A DNA stretch of 64,000 nt from Bryobacterales bacterium (lineage in GTDB: Bacteria; Acidobacteriota; Terriglobia; Bryobacterales; Bryobacteraceae): positions 1,930 to 65,929 of the forward strand of contig JADLBD010000221.1 in the NCBI GenBank assembly GCA_020847975.1, written 5' to 3'. The notes below the pieces were generated by a model. That model was given only the letters and a program-made list of their open reading frames with translations. It made no database searches and was not told the origin of the DNA. Below are positions 21,898 through 32,615 of this stretch, one piece after another. Each line of letters begins with the position of its first letter. The first letter of the stretch is position 1. The position numbers and the translations under genes were made by a program.

Positions 21898-22236
21898 ATG
21901 AAAAAAGTGGAAGCCATTATTCAGCCCTTCAAACTCGAAGAGGTGAAGGAAGCGTTGAAGGCACTCGGTGTGGACGGCATGACCGTCACCGAGGTCCGGG
22001 GACACGGCCGCCAGAAGGGCCACAAAGAGGTCTACAGGGGGAAGGAATACACGGTCGACCTGCTGCCGAAGGTGAAAGTGGAACTCGTGGTTCCCGCGGC
22101 GCGGGCGGACGAGGTGATCAAAACGCTTGCCGGAGCCGCCAGAACCGGCAAGATCGGGGATGGGAAGATTTTTGTATACGATGTCGCAGAAGCCATCCGA
22201 ATTCGAAATGACGACCGCGGCGAAGCCGCGCTCTGA
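21898..22236 (+). CDS. glnK: P-II nitrogen regulatory protein
   Basis: Starting at ATG 21898 (RBS GAGGAG at 21881-21886) gives the canonical 112 aa: [20 protein letters not shown]...[23 protein letters not shown] (T-loop)...[11 protein letters not shown]. It lies directly downstream of amtB. The ORF track has a TTG start at 21889. Confidence 0.95.
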   Translation: MKKVEAIIQPFKLEEVKEALKALGVDGMTVTEVRGHGRQKGHKEVYRGKEYTVDLLPKVKVELVVPAARADEVIKTLAGAARTGKIGDGKIFVYDVAEAIRIRNDDRGEAAL

Positions 22237-24715
22237 GTCTATCCTGCCGCTCGAAACTATCCGTCAGGAGTTCGAGAGGAGTGGAGATGCCGCGGCGGTG
22301 CTCGCGGCGCGCGCCGCTCTCGTGGAAAGCCAGGTGAGAGAATCGTTTTCCGCGCACCTGGCTCCGGCGTTTCCGAAAGGGCTTGCCGTCCTGGCCGTCG
22401 GCGGTTTCGGGCGCCGTGAATTGTTCCCTCATTCCGACGTGGATGTCTGTCTGCTGGTGGAAAACGAAAGAATCGCCGCCGAAGGCCGGACCTCGATTTC
22501 GTCGTTCCTGCAATCACTCTGGGACGGAAACTTGAGGGCCAGCCATTCCGTCCATACTGTGACTGAATGCTGTGAGGTCCACCACCACAACATCGAGTTG
22601 AATATCAGCCTGCTCGACCAGCGTTTTCTCGCCGGGGACGAATCCCTGCACGCGCTGCTCGATCCGCGCCTGTCGAAGTTTTTCGACTCGCAGCGAATGA
22701 GCCTGGCCCGCCATTTGTGCCGGCTGACGCGGCAGCGCCACGCACCGTTTCACGACACAATCTACCACCTCGAACCGAACATCAAAGAATCCCCAGGCGG
22801 GTTGCGAGACCTCCATCTCATCGGCTGGCTGCGCAAACTGGAGGCCTGCGGAGTGTCGGAATTCTGCCGTCCGGAGGAGTTGGAGCCCGCCCGCGGCTTC
22901 GTATTCGCCCTGCGCTGTTTTCTCCACTACCGCGCTCACCGCGACAGTAACATGCTGGACTTCGACGCGCAGGAGGAGTTGCCCGAGCAGGCCTACTCGC
23001 TCTATTCCGAACCCGAATCCTGGATGCGCCAATACTACCGGCATGCTCGATCCGTGTATGGCGTCTCCTCGAGGGCCATGGACGCGGTCGAGTCGAAGAA
23101 CAATTCCTTGCTGACGGGCTTCCGCGAATGGCGATCGCGCCTGTCGAACTCCGACTTCACGGTGGCGCGCGACCGCGTCTATTTCAAGGCCCCGCACGCC
23201 ATGGAGAAGGACCCGGAACTCGCATTGCGCCTGTTTCAATTCGTGGCCCGGCATGGCATCCGGTTGTCCGTCGAAGCGGAGCGCCGCATCATGGAAAACT
23301 ATCCTCACCTGGAGCGGTATTTCGAGACGCCGCGTCCCCTTTGGCCGGCGGTACGCGAACTGCTCGCGCAACCCCATGCCGCGTTGGGCCTTCGCGCGGC
23401 GCAGGATTGCGGCGTCCTGCGGCTGATCTTCCCGGAATGGAAGGACATCGAGTGCTGTGTGGTGCGCGACTACTATCACCGCTATACGGTAGACGAACAC
23501 ACCATCGTAACCATTGAATGCCTGCAGGCGCTGGCGCGCTCGGCCGAACCGGGGCGCCAGCGTTTCTCGACCCTGCTGGCCGAGATTGAGGAGCCGGCCG
23601 TGCTTCGTTTTGCGCTGCTGTTTCACGACGCCGGCAAAGGACTGCGCACCGGCAATCACAGCGCGGAATCCGTACGCTTGGCCGCGGGTGCGATGGAGCG
23701 AATCGGAATGCCGGAGAAACACCGGCGCATGGCGCTGTTTCTCATTGATCAGCACCTGTCGCTGTCCGCGGCGATGACCTCGCGCGACCTCGACGATCCG
23801 GCTACCGCGCGGTTGCTCGCCGGGAAGGTGGGCGCCATCGAGGCTCTCAAGTATCTGACCCTTCTCACCTATGCCGACATTGCCGCGGTCAATCCCACGG
23901 CGCTCTCGCCCTGGCGCATCGAGCAATTGTGGCGTGTGTATATCACCACCTATCAGGAACTCACGCGCGAGTTGCAGACGGACCGCATTGCCAGCCCCCA
24001 AAAGGAAGCGGATGAGCGCGCCAGTTTCCTCAAAGGTCTCCCCGTGCGCTATCTGCGTACACACACCGAGGAGGAGATCTGCTTACACCTCGAATTGGAG
24101 ACCCGGCGCCGCTATGCCGAAGTCGCCATCGACATCCGCAAGATGGAAGGCGGCTACCTCGTGACAGTGCTCGCCAAGGACCGGCTGAACCTCTTTGCAT
24201 CCGTCGCCGGAGCCCTTGCCGGCTTCGGCATGAACATCCTCAAGGCGGAGGCGTTCGCCAACCAGCAGGGAACCATTCTCGATACCTTCGTTTTCGAGGA
24301 CCCGCGCCGGACCCTCGAACTGAATCCAACCGAGATGGACCGGCTCGAACTCACGCTGGAGCGCGTTCTGCTGGGACGCGTCCACGTGCGCGAACTGCTG
24401 CGCTACCGCCCGAAACCCACGCTGCCGAGCAAGCGCAGCGGGATTGCGCCGAAAGTGGCCTTTGACAACGAAGCTTCCGATACCGCAACGCTCATCGAAA
24501 TCACAGCCGAGGATCGCCCCGGACTGCTGTACGATATCGCGGCGGCCCTCTCCGGCGCGGGCTGCAACATCGAGTTGGTGCTGGTGGACACGGAAGTGCA
24601 CAAGGCGATCGACGTGTTCTACGTGAGCGCCGGCGGCAAGAAACTCGATATGACGGCGATGCCGGAACTGCGCGAATCGCTCGAAACCGCCTGCCGCGCG
24701 GAGATGAGAGGTTAA
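22208..24715 (+). CDS. glnD: [Protein-PII] uridylyltransferase/uridylyl-removing enzyme GlnD (NT domain, HD domain, two ACT domains)
   Basis: The ORF track gives 22127..24715. ATG 22208 is a plausible start, but this is uncertain and it overlaps the glnK end. NT: [27 protein letters not shown]: [13 protein letters not shown]-terminal ACT-like: [32 protein letters not shown] and [33 protein letters not shown]. Confidence 0.88.
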   Translation: MTTAAKPRSESILPLETIRQEFERSGDAAAVLAARAALVESQVRESFSAHLAPAFPKGLAVLAVGGFGRRELFPHSDVDVCLLVENERIAAEGRTSISSFLQSLWDGNLRASHSVHTVTECCEVHHHNIELNISLLDQRFLAGDESLHALLDPRLSKFFDSQRMSLARHLCRLTRQRHAPFHDTIYHLEPNIKESPGGLRDLHLIGWLRKLEACGVSEFCRPEELEPARGFVFALRCFLHYRAHRDSNMLDFDAQEELPEQAYSLYSEPESWMRQYYRHARSVYGVSSRAMDAVESKNNSLLTGFREWRSRLSNSDFTVARDRVYFKAPHAMEKDPELALRLFQFVARHGIRLSVEAERRIMENYPHLERYFETPRPLWPAVRELLAQPHAALGLRAAQDCGVLRLIFPEWKDIECCVVRDYYHRYTVDEHTIVTIECLQALARSAEPGRQRFSTLLAEIEEPAVLRFALLFHDAGKGLRTGNHSAESVRLAAGAMERIGMPEKHRRMALFLIDQHLSLSAAMTSRDLDDPATARLLAGKVGAIEALKYLTLLTYADIAAVNPTALSPWRIEQLWRVYITTYQELTRELQTDRIASPQKEADERASFLKGLPVRYLRTHTEEEICLHLELETRRRYAEVAIDIRKMEGGYLVTVLAKDRLNLFASVAGALAGFGMNILKAEAFANQQGTILDTFVFEDPRRTLELNPTEMDRLELTLERVLLGRVHVRELLRYRPKPTLPSKRSGIAPKVAFDNEASDTATLIEITAEDRPGLLYDIAAALSGAGCNIELVLVDTEVHKAIDVFYVSAGGKKLDMTAMPELRESLETACRAEMRG

Positions 24716-24767
24716 GCGGGACTTGCCACGAGCGGATTGATCTGGAATACTTGGACTTGACCCGCGA

Positions 24768-24802
<35 letters not shown>

Positions 24803-24990
24803 GTCTAGGTCTTTATCTCCCAATCATTTAGAGAACTTGGTGTCCACCTTGGTGGCCGCTCACAATCGGGCCACGAGGTGGGATCTGTGTTCTCAGCCCG
24901 GCATCCACGACCGACCCAAACCCACATCGCCCTGAGACATTGGAACCCTACCCTCGTGCCCGCTCATACTGAGCCCACGAGGTGGAACCC

Positions 24991-26238
24991 ATGTCGCGCG
25001 TCAACATTGTCAAGAAGATCAAAACCGACGGAAACTGGAAGCTCCTTTCCATTCCCCGCAATGCGAAGGGCAACTACGACTGGAATGCCTTACCCGACGG
25101 GCTGTACCTCATCGAGTGGCGCGCCGGCGGCAAACGCCGCCGCGAGTCTGCCGGCGCCACGGCCGCCCAGGCGCTCGAGGCGCAGCGGCGCAAGCGGCAT
25201 GAACTCGAGGGGCGCAAACTCGGGGTGCCGGGTTTCGAACTCGCAGGCGAGGAGCCGAAGAAACCGGCCCTGCACATCGCCGTGCGCGACTACCTGGCTC
25301 AAATCGAGGCGCTGAAAAAACCGAACACCCATCGCAAGTACGAAGCAGTGCTCAAGCGGTTCCTCGAGTTCTTCCAGGACCGCGAATCGACCGACCAGAT
25401 CACCAGGGACGACCTCACGCGGTATGTGATCGCTCTGAAAAAGGATCACAACCTGGGGGCCAACACGGTACTGCACAATGCGATTATTGTGGCCCAATTC
25501 TTCAAGCGAGCCGGACGGTCCGGCATCACGCGCGGGCTCCAATTGCCGGAGCGGATCACGCCCTTGCCGCGTGAATACCGCGAAGCCGATCTCAGCAAGT
25601 TCTTCAAAGCCTCTTATGACAGCGAAAAGGCGCTCTTCTCGACGTTCCTGTTGACCGGTTTTCGGGAAATGGAAGTCGTGCATCTGTTCTGGACTGATAT
25701 CAGCTTTGAGCTACAGACGGCGCGGGTCACGGCCAAACCGGACCTGGGGTTCTACCCCAAGCGCTGGGAGGAGCGAGAGGTGCCGATCCCGGTCAAGCTC
25801 ATCGAACTCCTCAAGGCACATACGCGTCGCCCTGGTTGTGATCTGGTGTTTCCGTCGCCGGCCGGCAATCGTGAGTACCACATGCTCGACCACTGCAAGG
25901 CCGTCGCTCAGCGCGCAGGTCTCGATTCGACTCGGTTCGATCTCAAGACATTCCGATCGACCTACGCCACGCGCACGCTTCGCGCGGGCTTCGATGTCCG
26001 CACGGTGCAACACTGGATGGGCCACAAGTCACTCGAAACCACGATGCGATACCTGGTCCCCTCAAAGGAGGTACATGCGCGTCTAGATCAGATGACGGTC
26101 CCGGGACTGACCGAGTCTCAGGCGCCACCGCGAAAACCCGTGGTGATGGAGGGTGACGCGAAGCGCCGCCGAAAGCGAAGCAAGACAGAACATCCTTCCG
26201 CAGAGAATCCGTCGCAGGCCACCTCGATCGCGTCATAG
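24991..26238 (+). CDS. int: Tyrosine site-specific integrase
   Basis: ATG 24991 (the ORF track has GTG 24982). SAM-like core-binding region (DYLAQIEALKKPNTHRKYEAVLKRF), then the catalytic domain: LLTGFREMEVVHLFWTDI...LKTFRSTYATRTLRAGFDVRTVQHWMGHKSLETTMRYL (R...HxxR...Y pattern). Confidence 0.9.
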   Translation: MSRVNIVKKIKTDGNWKLLSIPRNAKGNYDWNALPDGLYLIEWRAGGKRRRESAGATAAQALEAQRRKRHELEGRKLGVPGFELAGEEPKKPALHIAVRDYLAQIEALKKPNTHRKYEAVLKRFLEFFQDRESTDQITRDDLTRYVIALKKDHNLGANTVLHNAIIVAQFFKRAGRSGITRGLQLPERITPLPREYREADLSKFFKASYDSEKALFSTFLLTGFREMEVVHLFWTDISFELQTARVTAKPDLGFYPKRWEEREVPIPVKLIELLKAHTRRPGCDLVFPSPAGNREYHMLDHCKAVAQRAGLDSTRFDLKTFRSTYATRTLRAGFDVRTVQHWMGHKSLETTMRYLVPSKEVHARLDQMTVPGLTESQAPPRKPVVMEGDAKRRRKRSKTEHPSAENPSQATSIAS

Positions 26239-26304
26239 GGCAGGCCGCAGGGGACCGAACGCGCTCTTCTCTTGAATCCCGACCGGAGGCCCGAGTTTAT
26301 TTCG

Positions 26305-26359
26305 TTAACCTATTGGGTTAATCACTACATTGACAGTGGTTCACCCAAAACGTTAATAT
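26305..26359 (+). promoter_or_regulatory. Candidate sigma70-type promoter with an upstream palindromic operator for the higB-like operon
   Basis: TTAACC-tattg-GGTTAA is a perfect 6-bp-arm palindrome (26305-26321). TTGACA (26330-26335), an 18-nt spacer, then TAATAT (26354-26359). The higB-like ATG at 26372 would give a near-leaderless transcript. Confidence 0.35.
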
Positions 26360-26371
26360 CTAGTTGACGAG

Positions 26372-26707
26372 ATGGAAATACTGTTTCCAACCGACGCTGA
26401 CCCGCGGGACTGGAACGACTCCAAACGTCTCGTGCGGAGGCACAATTCCCAGCGCGCGAAACTGATACGGCGCCGCCTGGACGACCTCAAGGCCGCGCTA
26501 ACGCTGGAGGTGATGCGGAACTTGCCAGGGAGGTGCCACGAACTGAAGGGTGATCGCGCCGGTCAGCTCTCGATCGATCTCGACGGGCCTTACCGTCTGC
26601 TCTTTGTGCCGGCACACAATCCGGTTCCGAAGAAGCCGGATGGAGGGCTTGACTGGACCCAGGTCACGGCGGTGATTCTCGTCGGGGTGGTAGACACTCA
26701 TGAATGA
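26372..26707 (+). CDS. higB: HigB-type (plasmid maintenance system killer, RelE/ParE superfamily) toxin
   Basis: 111 aa. ...AKLIRRRLDDLKAALTLEVMRNLPGRCHELKGDRAGQLSIDLDGPYRLLF...VILVGVVDTH matches the HigB pattern (L..L.aa..l.dl...pg...e.LkGdr.G.ysirin..wRi.F....v.iv.Y.dyH). Confidence 0.8.
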   Translation: MEILFPTDADPRDWNDSKRLVRRHNSQRAKLIRRRLDDLKAALTLEVMRNLPGRCHELKGDRAGQLSIDLDGPYRLLFVPAHNPVPKKPDGGLDWTQVTAVILVGVVDTHE

Positions 26708-27797
26708 AGTGCTTCGAAATCAATATATTCCGGATACGGTGTCGGCGCCGGGTGAAACGCTTGAAGAGATACTCATCGAGCGCGGGATGTCTCAGACAGA
26801 GTTGGCGGAACGCACCGGCAGGCCGAAGAAGACGATCAACGAGATCGTCAAGGGGAAAGCCGCCATTACCCCGGAAACGGCTCTGCAGTTGGAGCGGGTG
26901 CTCGGAACCCCAGCCAGTTTCTGGATCGCGAGGGAACAGAATTATCGGGAGTCCCTCGCGCGAGCCAAGGAGGCGGCCGAGTTTGAGAAGCAAGTCGACT
27001 GGCTGAATCAAATCCCTTACCGCGCGATGGTGAAGCTCGGCTGGATCCCGGAGCATCGCGAAAAGGCTAGACAACTGGAGGAGGTGCTTCGGTTCTTTGC
27101 GGTCGCATCGCCCAGCAGCTGGCACGGATTCTGGGGCGCGGAGAGTGCGGCATTTCGGCGTTCGGCAGCGTTTGAAGGCGAGCCGGGGGCGGTAGCGGCA
27201 TGGCTGAGAAAAGGAGAACTGGAGGCCGGTCACCAGCAGCCCGCCGAATATGATGCGGACGCGTTCAAGAGGGCTCTGGAGCGAGTGCGTTCCCTGACGC
27301 GCCAATTGACGAACAGCTTTACGTCAGCTGTAACGCGGGAATGTAATGAAGCGGGCGTGTGCATCGCCTTCGTCCCGGAACTTCCCGGTACGAGGGTATG
27401 GGGCGCGACCAGGTGGCTGACACCCTCGCGGCCATTGATCCAACTAAGCCTGCGCTACAAGACGGATGACCACCTCTGGTTCACGTTCTTTCATGAGGCT
27501 GGACATATCCTCCTCCACGGCCGACGAGATGTGTTCCTCGAAGGTGACGAGCGCGAGCAGGATGCAAAGGAATCCGAAGCCGATGCGTTCGCACAAGAAT
27601 GGTTGATTCCCCAGGCCAAGTACCGAGTCTTCCGCCGATTGGGCGCCTTTTCTTGCGCTGCTGTCGGCAGATTCGCATTCGAGCTGGGTATCGCACCAGG
27701 GATCGTCGTTGGACGTCTACAGCACGACGGTCACCTGGAACGGACCCAGTGCAACGACCTGAAGAAGAAAGTCGATTGGGTCTTTGATCAGCAATAG
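26700..27797 (+). CDS. Fusion of a HigA-like XRE-family HTH antitoxin domain with an ImmA/IrrE-type (COG2856) zinc metallopeptidase domain
   Basis: 365 aa, overlapping higB by 8 nt. HTH: APGETLEEILIERGMSQTELAERTGRPKKTINEIVKGKAAITPETALQLERVLGTPASFW. C-terminal peptidase: LWFTFFHEAGHILLHGRRDVFLE (HExxH) ...ESEADAFAQEWLIP. Confidence 0.8.
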   Translation: MNEVLRNQYIPDTVSAPGETLEEILIERGMSQTELAERTGRPKKTINEIVKGKAAITPETALQLERVLGTPASFWIAREQNYRESLARAKEAAEFEKQVDWLNQIPYRAMVKLGWIPEHREKARQLEEVLRFFAVASPSSWHGFWGAESAAFRRSAAFEGEPGAVAAWLRKGELEAGHQQPAEYDADAFKRALERVRSLTRQLTNSFTSAVTRECNEAGVCIAFVPELPGTRVWGATRWLTPSRPLIQLSLRYKTDDHLWFTFFHEAGHILLHGRRDVFLEGDEREQDAKESEADAFAQEWLIPQAKYRVFRRLGAFSCAAVGRFAFELGIAPGIVVGRLQHDGHLERTQCNDLKKKVDWVFDQQ

Positions 27798-27808
27798 GAT
27801 CCCTTGAA

Positions 27809-28900
27809 ATGTTCGGCCGCGAGCATTACGTCCCCATATTGAAAGGTCGGGAGGGCGAGTATGGCGCCCTTCAGACGCTGGCTCTGTCGACGCGCCAGGC
27901 GCTTACACCTTTGATCGAAATACCGCCGATCCCGTGGGATTTCGTGGAGGAACGACCTGCCAAGACCGTCGATCAGCATCTGAAGAAGGTAGGACAAAGG
28001 ATCGATCGCGCCTGGGGAACTGGCAGGCGCCTGTTTTTGGACCTGCTGTGGATACCAGACGGCGAACATATGGCCGACGGATCTCATCCGCTGTCCCACG
28101 TCTTTGAATCTTTGCGGACACGCTATGTTGAGGCTGTTCCCGTGGTCGGCCTGCTCCGGGGAGACGAATACCTGCAGGCATGCCGTACCATCGTCGATCA
28201 GGACGACCGCGGTGTCTGTGTCCGCATTCAGCGCGAAGACTTCGCTGATTTCGGCGACGTCGATGACACCGTCGGAGGCATCCTGGATGCCGTTGGCGCC
28301 ACGGCACAGAATTCTGATCTGATCTTCGACCTGCGCGCGCTTCCGCAGGATGGACCCAACCTCGGTGTCAACGCGGTGATCGACTTTGTGAATCGTTTGC
28401 CTCGTCTGCGCGAGTGGCGCACCTTCACACTTGCGGCGACCTCTTTCCCGCCGAATCTGACGGGGCTGCCGGCATCCGACGTCTCGTGCCTTCCGCGGCA
28501 GGATTGGATTCTCTGGACGGAGCTCTCGCGACAGAATCGAAGTATTCCCCGTCTTCCTACCTTCGGGGACTATGCGATTTCACATCCGGAACCCGCTGAG
28601 GTAGATCCTCGCATCATGCGCCCGTCTGCCAGTATCCGCTACACGTGCGATGCCGCCTGGCTCATTCTTAAGGCGAGAAACCTCAGAGACCACGGATACG
28701 AACAGTTCCATGACGTGTGCCGGGTGCTAGTCCAGCGGCCGGAGTACTGCGGCCGGCAGTTCAGTTGGGGCGATCAGTATATCGATGACTGCGCGGCAGA
28801 ACGCGTCGGTACTGGGAACCTGACGACGTGGCGCAAGGTTGGGACGTCTCACCATCTTGCGTTCGCGGTGCATCAAGTCGCCAACGAGACCGGCTCCTGA
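27809..28900 (+). CDS. Beta_protein / sce7725-like family protein (uncharacterised)
   Basis: 363 aa, 12 nt after the previous stop. The N-terminus HYVPILKGREGEYGALQTLA...LTPLIEIPPIPWDF matches my recollection of the Beta_protein (PF14350-like) N-terminal signature YvPilK.k.gE..AL....PLiE. The family assignment is from memory and needs an HMM check. Confidence 0.5.
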   Translation: MFGREHYVPILKGREGEYGALQTLALSTRQALTPLIEIPPIPWDFVEERPAKTVDQHLKKVGQRIDRAWGTGRRLFLDLLWIPDGEHMADGSHPLSHVFESLRTRYVEAVPVVGLLRGDEYLQACRTIVDQDDRGVCVRIQREDFADFGDVDDTVGGILDAVGATAQNSDLIFDLRALPQDGPNLGVNAVIDFVNRLPRLREWRTFTLAATSFPPNLTGLPASDVSCLPRQDWILWTELSRQNRSIPRLPTFGDYAISHPEPAEVDPRIMRPSASIRYTCDAAWLILKARNLRDHGYEQFHDVCRVLVQRPEYCGRQFSWGDQYIDDCAAERVGTGNLTTWRKVGTSHHLAFAVHQVANETGS

Positions 28901-29441
28901 GGCGTGCGCAAACCATAGCCTTCAGTTCGGGCAACGGCATCGCGGTCGCAAGAGTCTCCCAGAGCACGCGTCGCGGCTTGCTCTTGAGAGCTACGGCGGG
29001 TTGGATCTGGCCTAAGAGTTCGAGCACTTCATCGCGCCACAGCAACTGAACGAGCGACCCGGGGTCCACGTTCGGGTTCGTCGATTCGCCGCGCAGATGC
29101 TCGATCTTCAGATGCGCCGATGAATCGCCAGCTCTGGCAACCTGGATCGCCCACCAGGAAGGAATCAGTCTCTCAGCCGCGCGGAGGTGGCGCTCGGCGA
29201 CGACAACGGTCATCGTGTCGAAAATCCGATTGTACGTTGCAGCCTGCGACGATAATCGCAGAAGCGTGTCCTGGTCGCTCTTGATTTCATACCCTTTTAG
29301 GACGCCGTTTACGACGGCGATGTCCACGCGCACGGTGCCACGGCAGAGGCCCAGTTCCTCGATGATCATGGTCGTGCCGTCGCCATTGAAGGTGCCCTCG
29401 AGGTGCTGACGAAGAACCCGGCGAATGTCCGCATCTCGCAT
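28761..29441 (-). CDS. sce7726-like protein with a PD-(D/E)xK nuclease-type motif
   Basis: The ORF track gives 28761..29579. ATG (complement of 29439-29441) gives MRDADIRRVLRQHLEG...MIIEELGLCRGTVRVDIAVVNGVLKGYEIKSDQDTLLRLSSQAATYNRIFD. The E...D-x11-E-x-K arrangement is a restriction-endonuclease-fold signature. Its 3' end overlaps the convergent Beta-protein gene by 140 nt. Confidence 0.55.
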   Translation of the reverse strand: MRDADIRRVLRQHLEGTFNGDGTTMIIEELGLCRGTVRVDIAVVNGVLKGYEIKSDQDTLLRLSSQAATYNRIFDTMTVVVAERHLRAAERLIPSWWAIQVARAGDSSAHLKIEHLRGESTNPNVDPGSLVQLLWRDEVLELLGQIQPAVALKSKPRRVLWETLATAMPLPELKAMVCARLRSRSRWRLDAPRTQDGETSQPCATSSGSQYRRVLPRSHRYTDRPN

Positions 29442-29763
29442 ACCCTGTAACGATAACAGATCGTGCGCGAGGGCGAAAATGTCTTGCTCATCAGGATGCC
29501 GCAACTGGCGCCAAACGGCAGGGCGGTGTCGGCGTGAACAGTGCGCCGACCGGCGCCAGAGCAGAGTCCAGCGACGCACAATCCCTCAGTGTCGCTCCTG
29601 ATGCCGGTCGCTTTGGCGGACGTCGAGGAACACAAAGCGCCTCTTTTGACAAAGGGAGCCATTCGCCCTTACAACGTACCCATGGAGTTGGACCACGGGG
29701 CATCCACCATGCCTTTCTGCGGTGGTTTCAGGGCCTCTGACCCGACTCCGGAATTGAGATGGT

Positions 29764-30051
29764 ATGTCAGCCTCCCCCGCTCATTCGATATCCGTTGTCG
29801 GCCATGCAGGCGACGTGTTTGAACGCCTCGCACGATGTGATCGTCTACTGACCGCCAGGGAACTCGCGGACATTCTGGCGATCAGCCCAAAAACGCTGTA
29901 CAGCTACGTGGCTCGCGGAATGATCCCATACTTCAAAATCGAGTCGAACGTGCGTTTTCGCGCCCGCGACGTGGCCGAGTGGCTGCGACAGCATTCGGGC
30001 CGACCGGCGGTCTCGTGGACGGAACCAGCCCGCAGAACGGCCCCGAGATGA
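29764..30051 (+). CDS. xis: Excisionase / AlpA-MerR-type helix-turn-helix DNA-binding protein
   Basis: 95 aa. LLTARELADILAISPKTLYSYVARGMIPYFKIESNVRFRARDVAEWL is the typical excisionase-family HTH (llt..E.A..L.vs..TlY..v..G.iP..kig...rF....v..Wl). Confidence 0.7.
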   Translation: MSASPAHSISVVGHAGDVFERLARCDRLLTARELADILAISPKTLYSYVARGMIPYFKIESNVRFRARDVAEWLRQHSGRPAVSWTEPARRTAPR

Positions 30052-30064
30052 TTGGTCGAGGTGA

Positions 30065-31089
<1,025 letters not shown>

Positions 31090-31090
<1 letters not shown>

Positions 31091-32079
31091 TGACACTGGA
31101 TCGGCGGCGAGCGGTTCTCAGTGGTGCCGGGCTAACCATCGGAGGATTGGCGACGGTACGCTTGCTCCCGGAAGAGATGCTCCTCCAGGACCGTCGGCCT
31201 CAGCGGTCGCGCGTAGCGATAATCCCGGCAAGAGAATACTCAGAACGCCTCGGGGCGATTCTTCTCTCCGCGCTTCGGCTATTCCACCTCAAAATGCAGG
31301 ACAAGTCCGTGTTGCTAAAACCAAATCTCGTGGAGTACCTCGCTGGCGTGGAGGTCAACACGAATCCCCAGCTTGTGGTCGCAGCAGCCGGAGCTTTTCT
31401 TGAGCTCGGCGCGAAGAGGGTACTCGTTGGAGAAGGACCAGGACATCAGCGGGACACATATCTGGTGCTCGTCGAAAGCGGGCTCGAGGCACAACTGCGC
31501 GATCGGAAGATCAGATTCGTGGACCTGAACCGCGACGAGTTGTTCAGGGTGCCGACTAAAGCCACCTTTACCGGGCTCGATCACTTCTGGCTCCCCCGGA
31601 CTGTGCTCGCGTCCGATTTCGTTGTATCGATGCCTAAGATCAAGACCCACCATTGGGCCGGCGTGACTCTCAGCATGAAGAACATGTTCGGCGTGATCCC
31701 TGGCACGAAGTACGGTTGGCCGAAGAACGTCCTGCATTGGAAGGGAATCCACCGGAGCATCCTCGATATCTGTGCGACAGTACCGGTGCACTTTGTCATC
31801 GCGGACGGCATCGTTGCAATGGAAGGAAACGGGCCCCTGCACGGAACTCATCGGCATCTCGGAAAGATCGTCCTGGCCGACGATCCCGTGGCCGCAGACT
31901 TCACCTCTGCGCGCTTGATGGGCCTCGACCCCAATCGCGTGTGGCATCTCAACCGGGCCGCGCATTTTCTTGGGAACGGCTCGAATCACCGGATCGACTT
32001 AGTCGCGGAAGCGCTGCCAGCACGGGCGATTCCCTTCAATGTGCTGCCAGAGTTTAACTATCTTCAAACCCACGTGTGA
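31090..32079 (+). CDS. DUF362-domain protein with twin-arginine (Tat) signal
   Basis: The GTG start overlaps the upstream stop (TAGTG). Tat signal: MTLDRRRAVLSGAGLTIGGLATV. DUF362 motifs: VLLKPNLVE...NTNPQLVVAAAGAFLELGAKRVLVGEGPG, IKTHHWAGVTLSMKNMFGVIPG and ADGIVAMEGNGPLHG. Confidence 0.65.
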
Positions 32080-32273
32080 AGACTCTGCAAGCTTCGCTCC
32101 TTGCGTCGGGCAGTTCTGGACTAGATCCCGTGAACGTTTCTGGGTTGATTGCAGCATCTACCGCGAAGACGCAAGCGCCGACATGTTCAAGAACATTCTT
32201 CGGGTCCTCGCTGCGCCACATATGCGGACCAAAACTAGAACGGCTTCCGCCGACGGTGACCGGTATCGCGCTG

Positions 32274-32615
32274 ATTAGGTCGAACAACATTATTTACAGC
32301 AGTGCCGGCGCTCCCGAGGGCGACATAAGTCCAGCAACATTTCTTACGCGTCGAAAGGCGACGTGAAAAAGAATAGGTCCAGCAACGTTTTTTGCAGCCG
32401 TCCGGCACGACCGAAGGTGAGATAGGTCCAGAAACAGTTTTGACAGCGGCACTGGAGCAATCGAGGGCGAAATAGGTCCAGCAACATTTCCTACAACAGT
32501 CGCGGGCGCACCCGGGCGCCGCGTGAAAGGGAATAGGTCCTAGAACATTTTTTACAGTGGCAGTGGGCGGCCGAGGGAGAAGGGTAAAACAGGTCCAGCA
32601 ACACTGTTTATACCA
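32274..32615 (+). repeat. Seven degenerate direct repeats (period 48-61 bp), core ATAGGTCCAGCAACATTTTTTAC(AGC); iteron/centromere-like array
   Basis: Cores start at about 32274 (ATTAGGTCGAACAACATTATTTACAGC), 32325, 32373, 32422, 32472, 32533 and 32589. The inter-core segments also resemble each other (..CGAGGGCGAAATA / GAAAGGCGACGTG.. / CCGAAGGTGAGATA). Confidence 0.85.

Noticed and set aside
24878-25315. 145-aa ORF overlapping the att region and the integrase 5' end
   Set aside because: It is in a different frame from the well-supported integrase, and its product is Pro/Ser/Arg/Thr-rich without motifs.
32274-32615. Possible CRISPR array (regularly spaced ~25-bp repeats)
   Set aside because: The repeats are short and degenerate (several mismatches per copy). 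The spacing varies from 48 to 61 bp. The inter-repeat segments resemble each other instead of being unique spacers. No cas genes or leader are nearby. It is better explained as a degenerate tandem repeat or iteron array.
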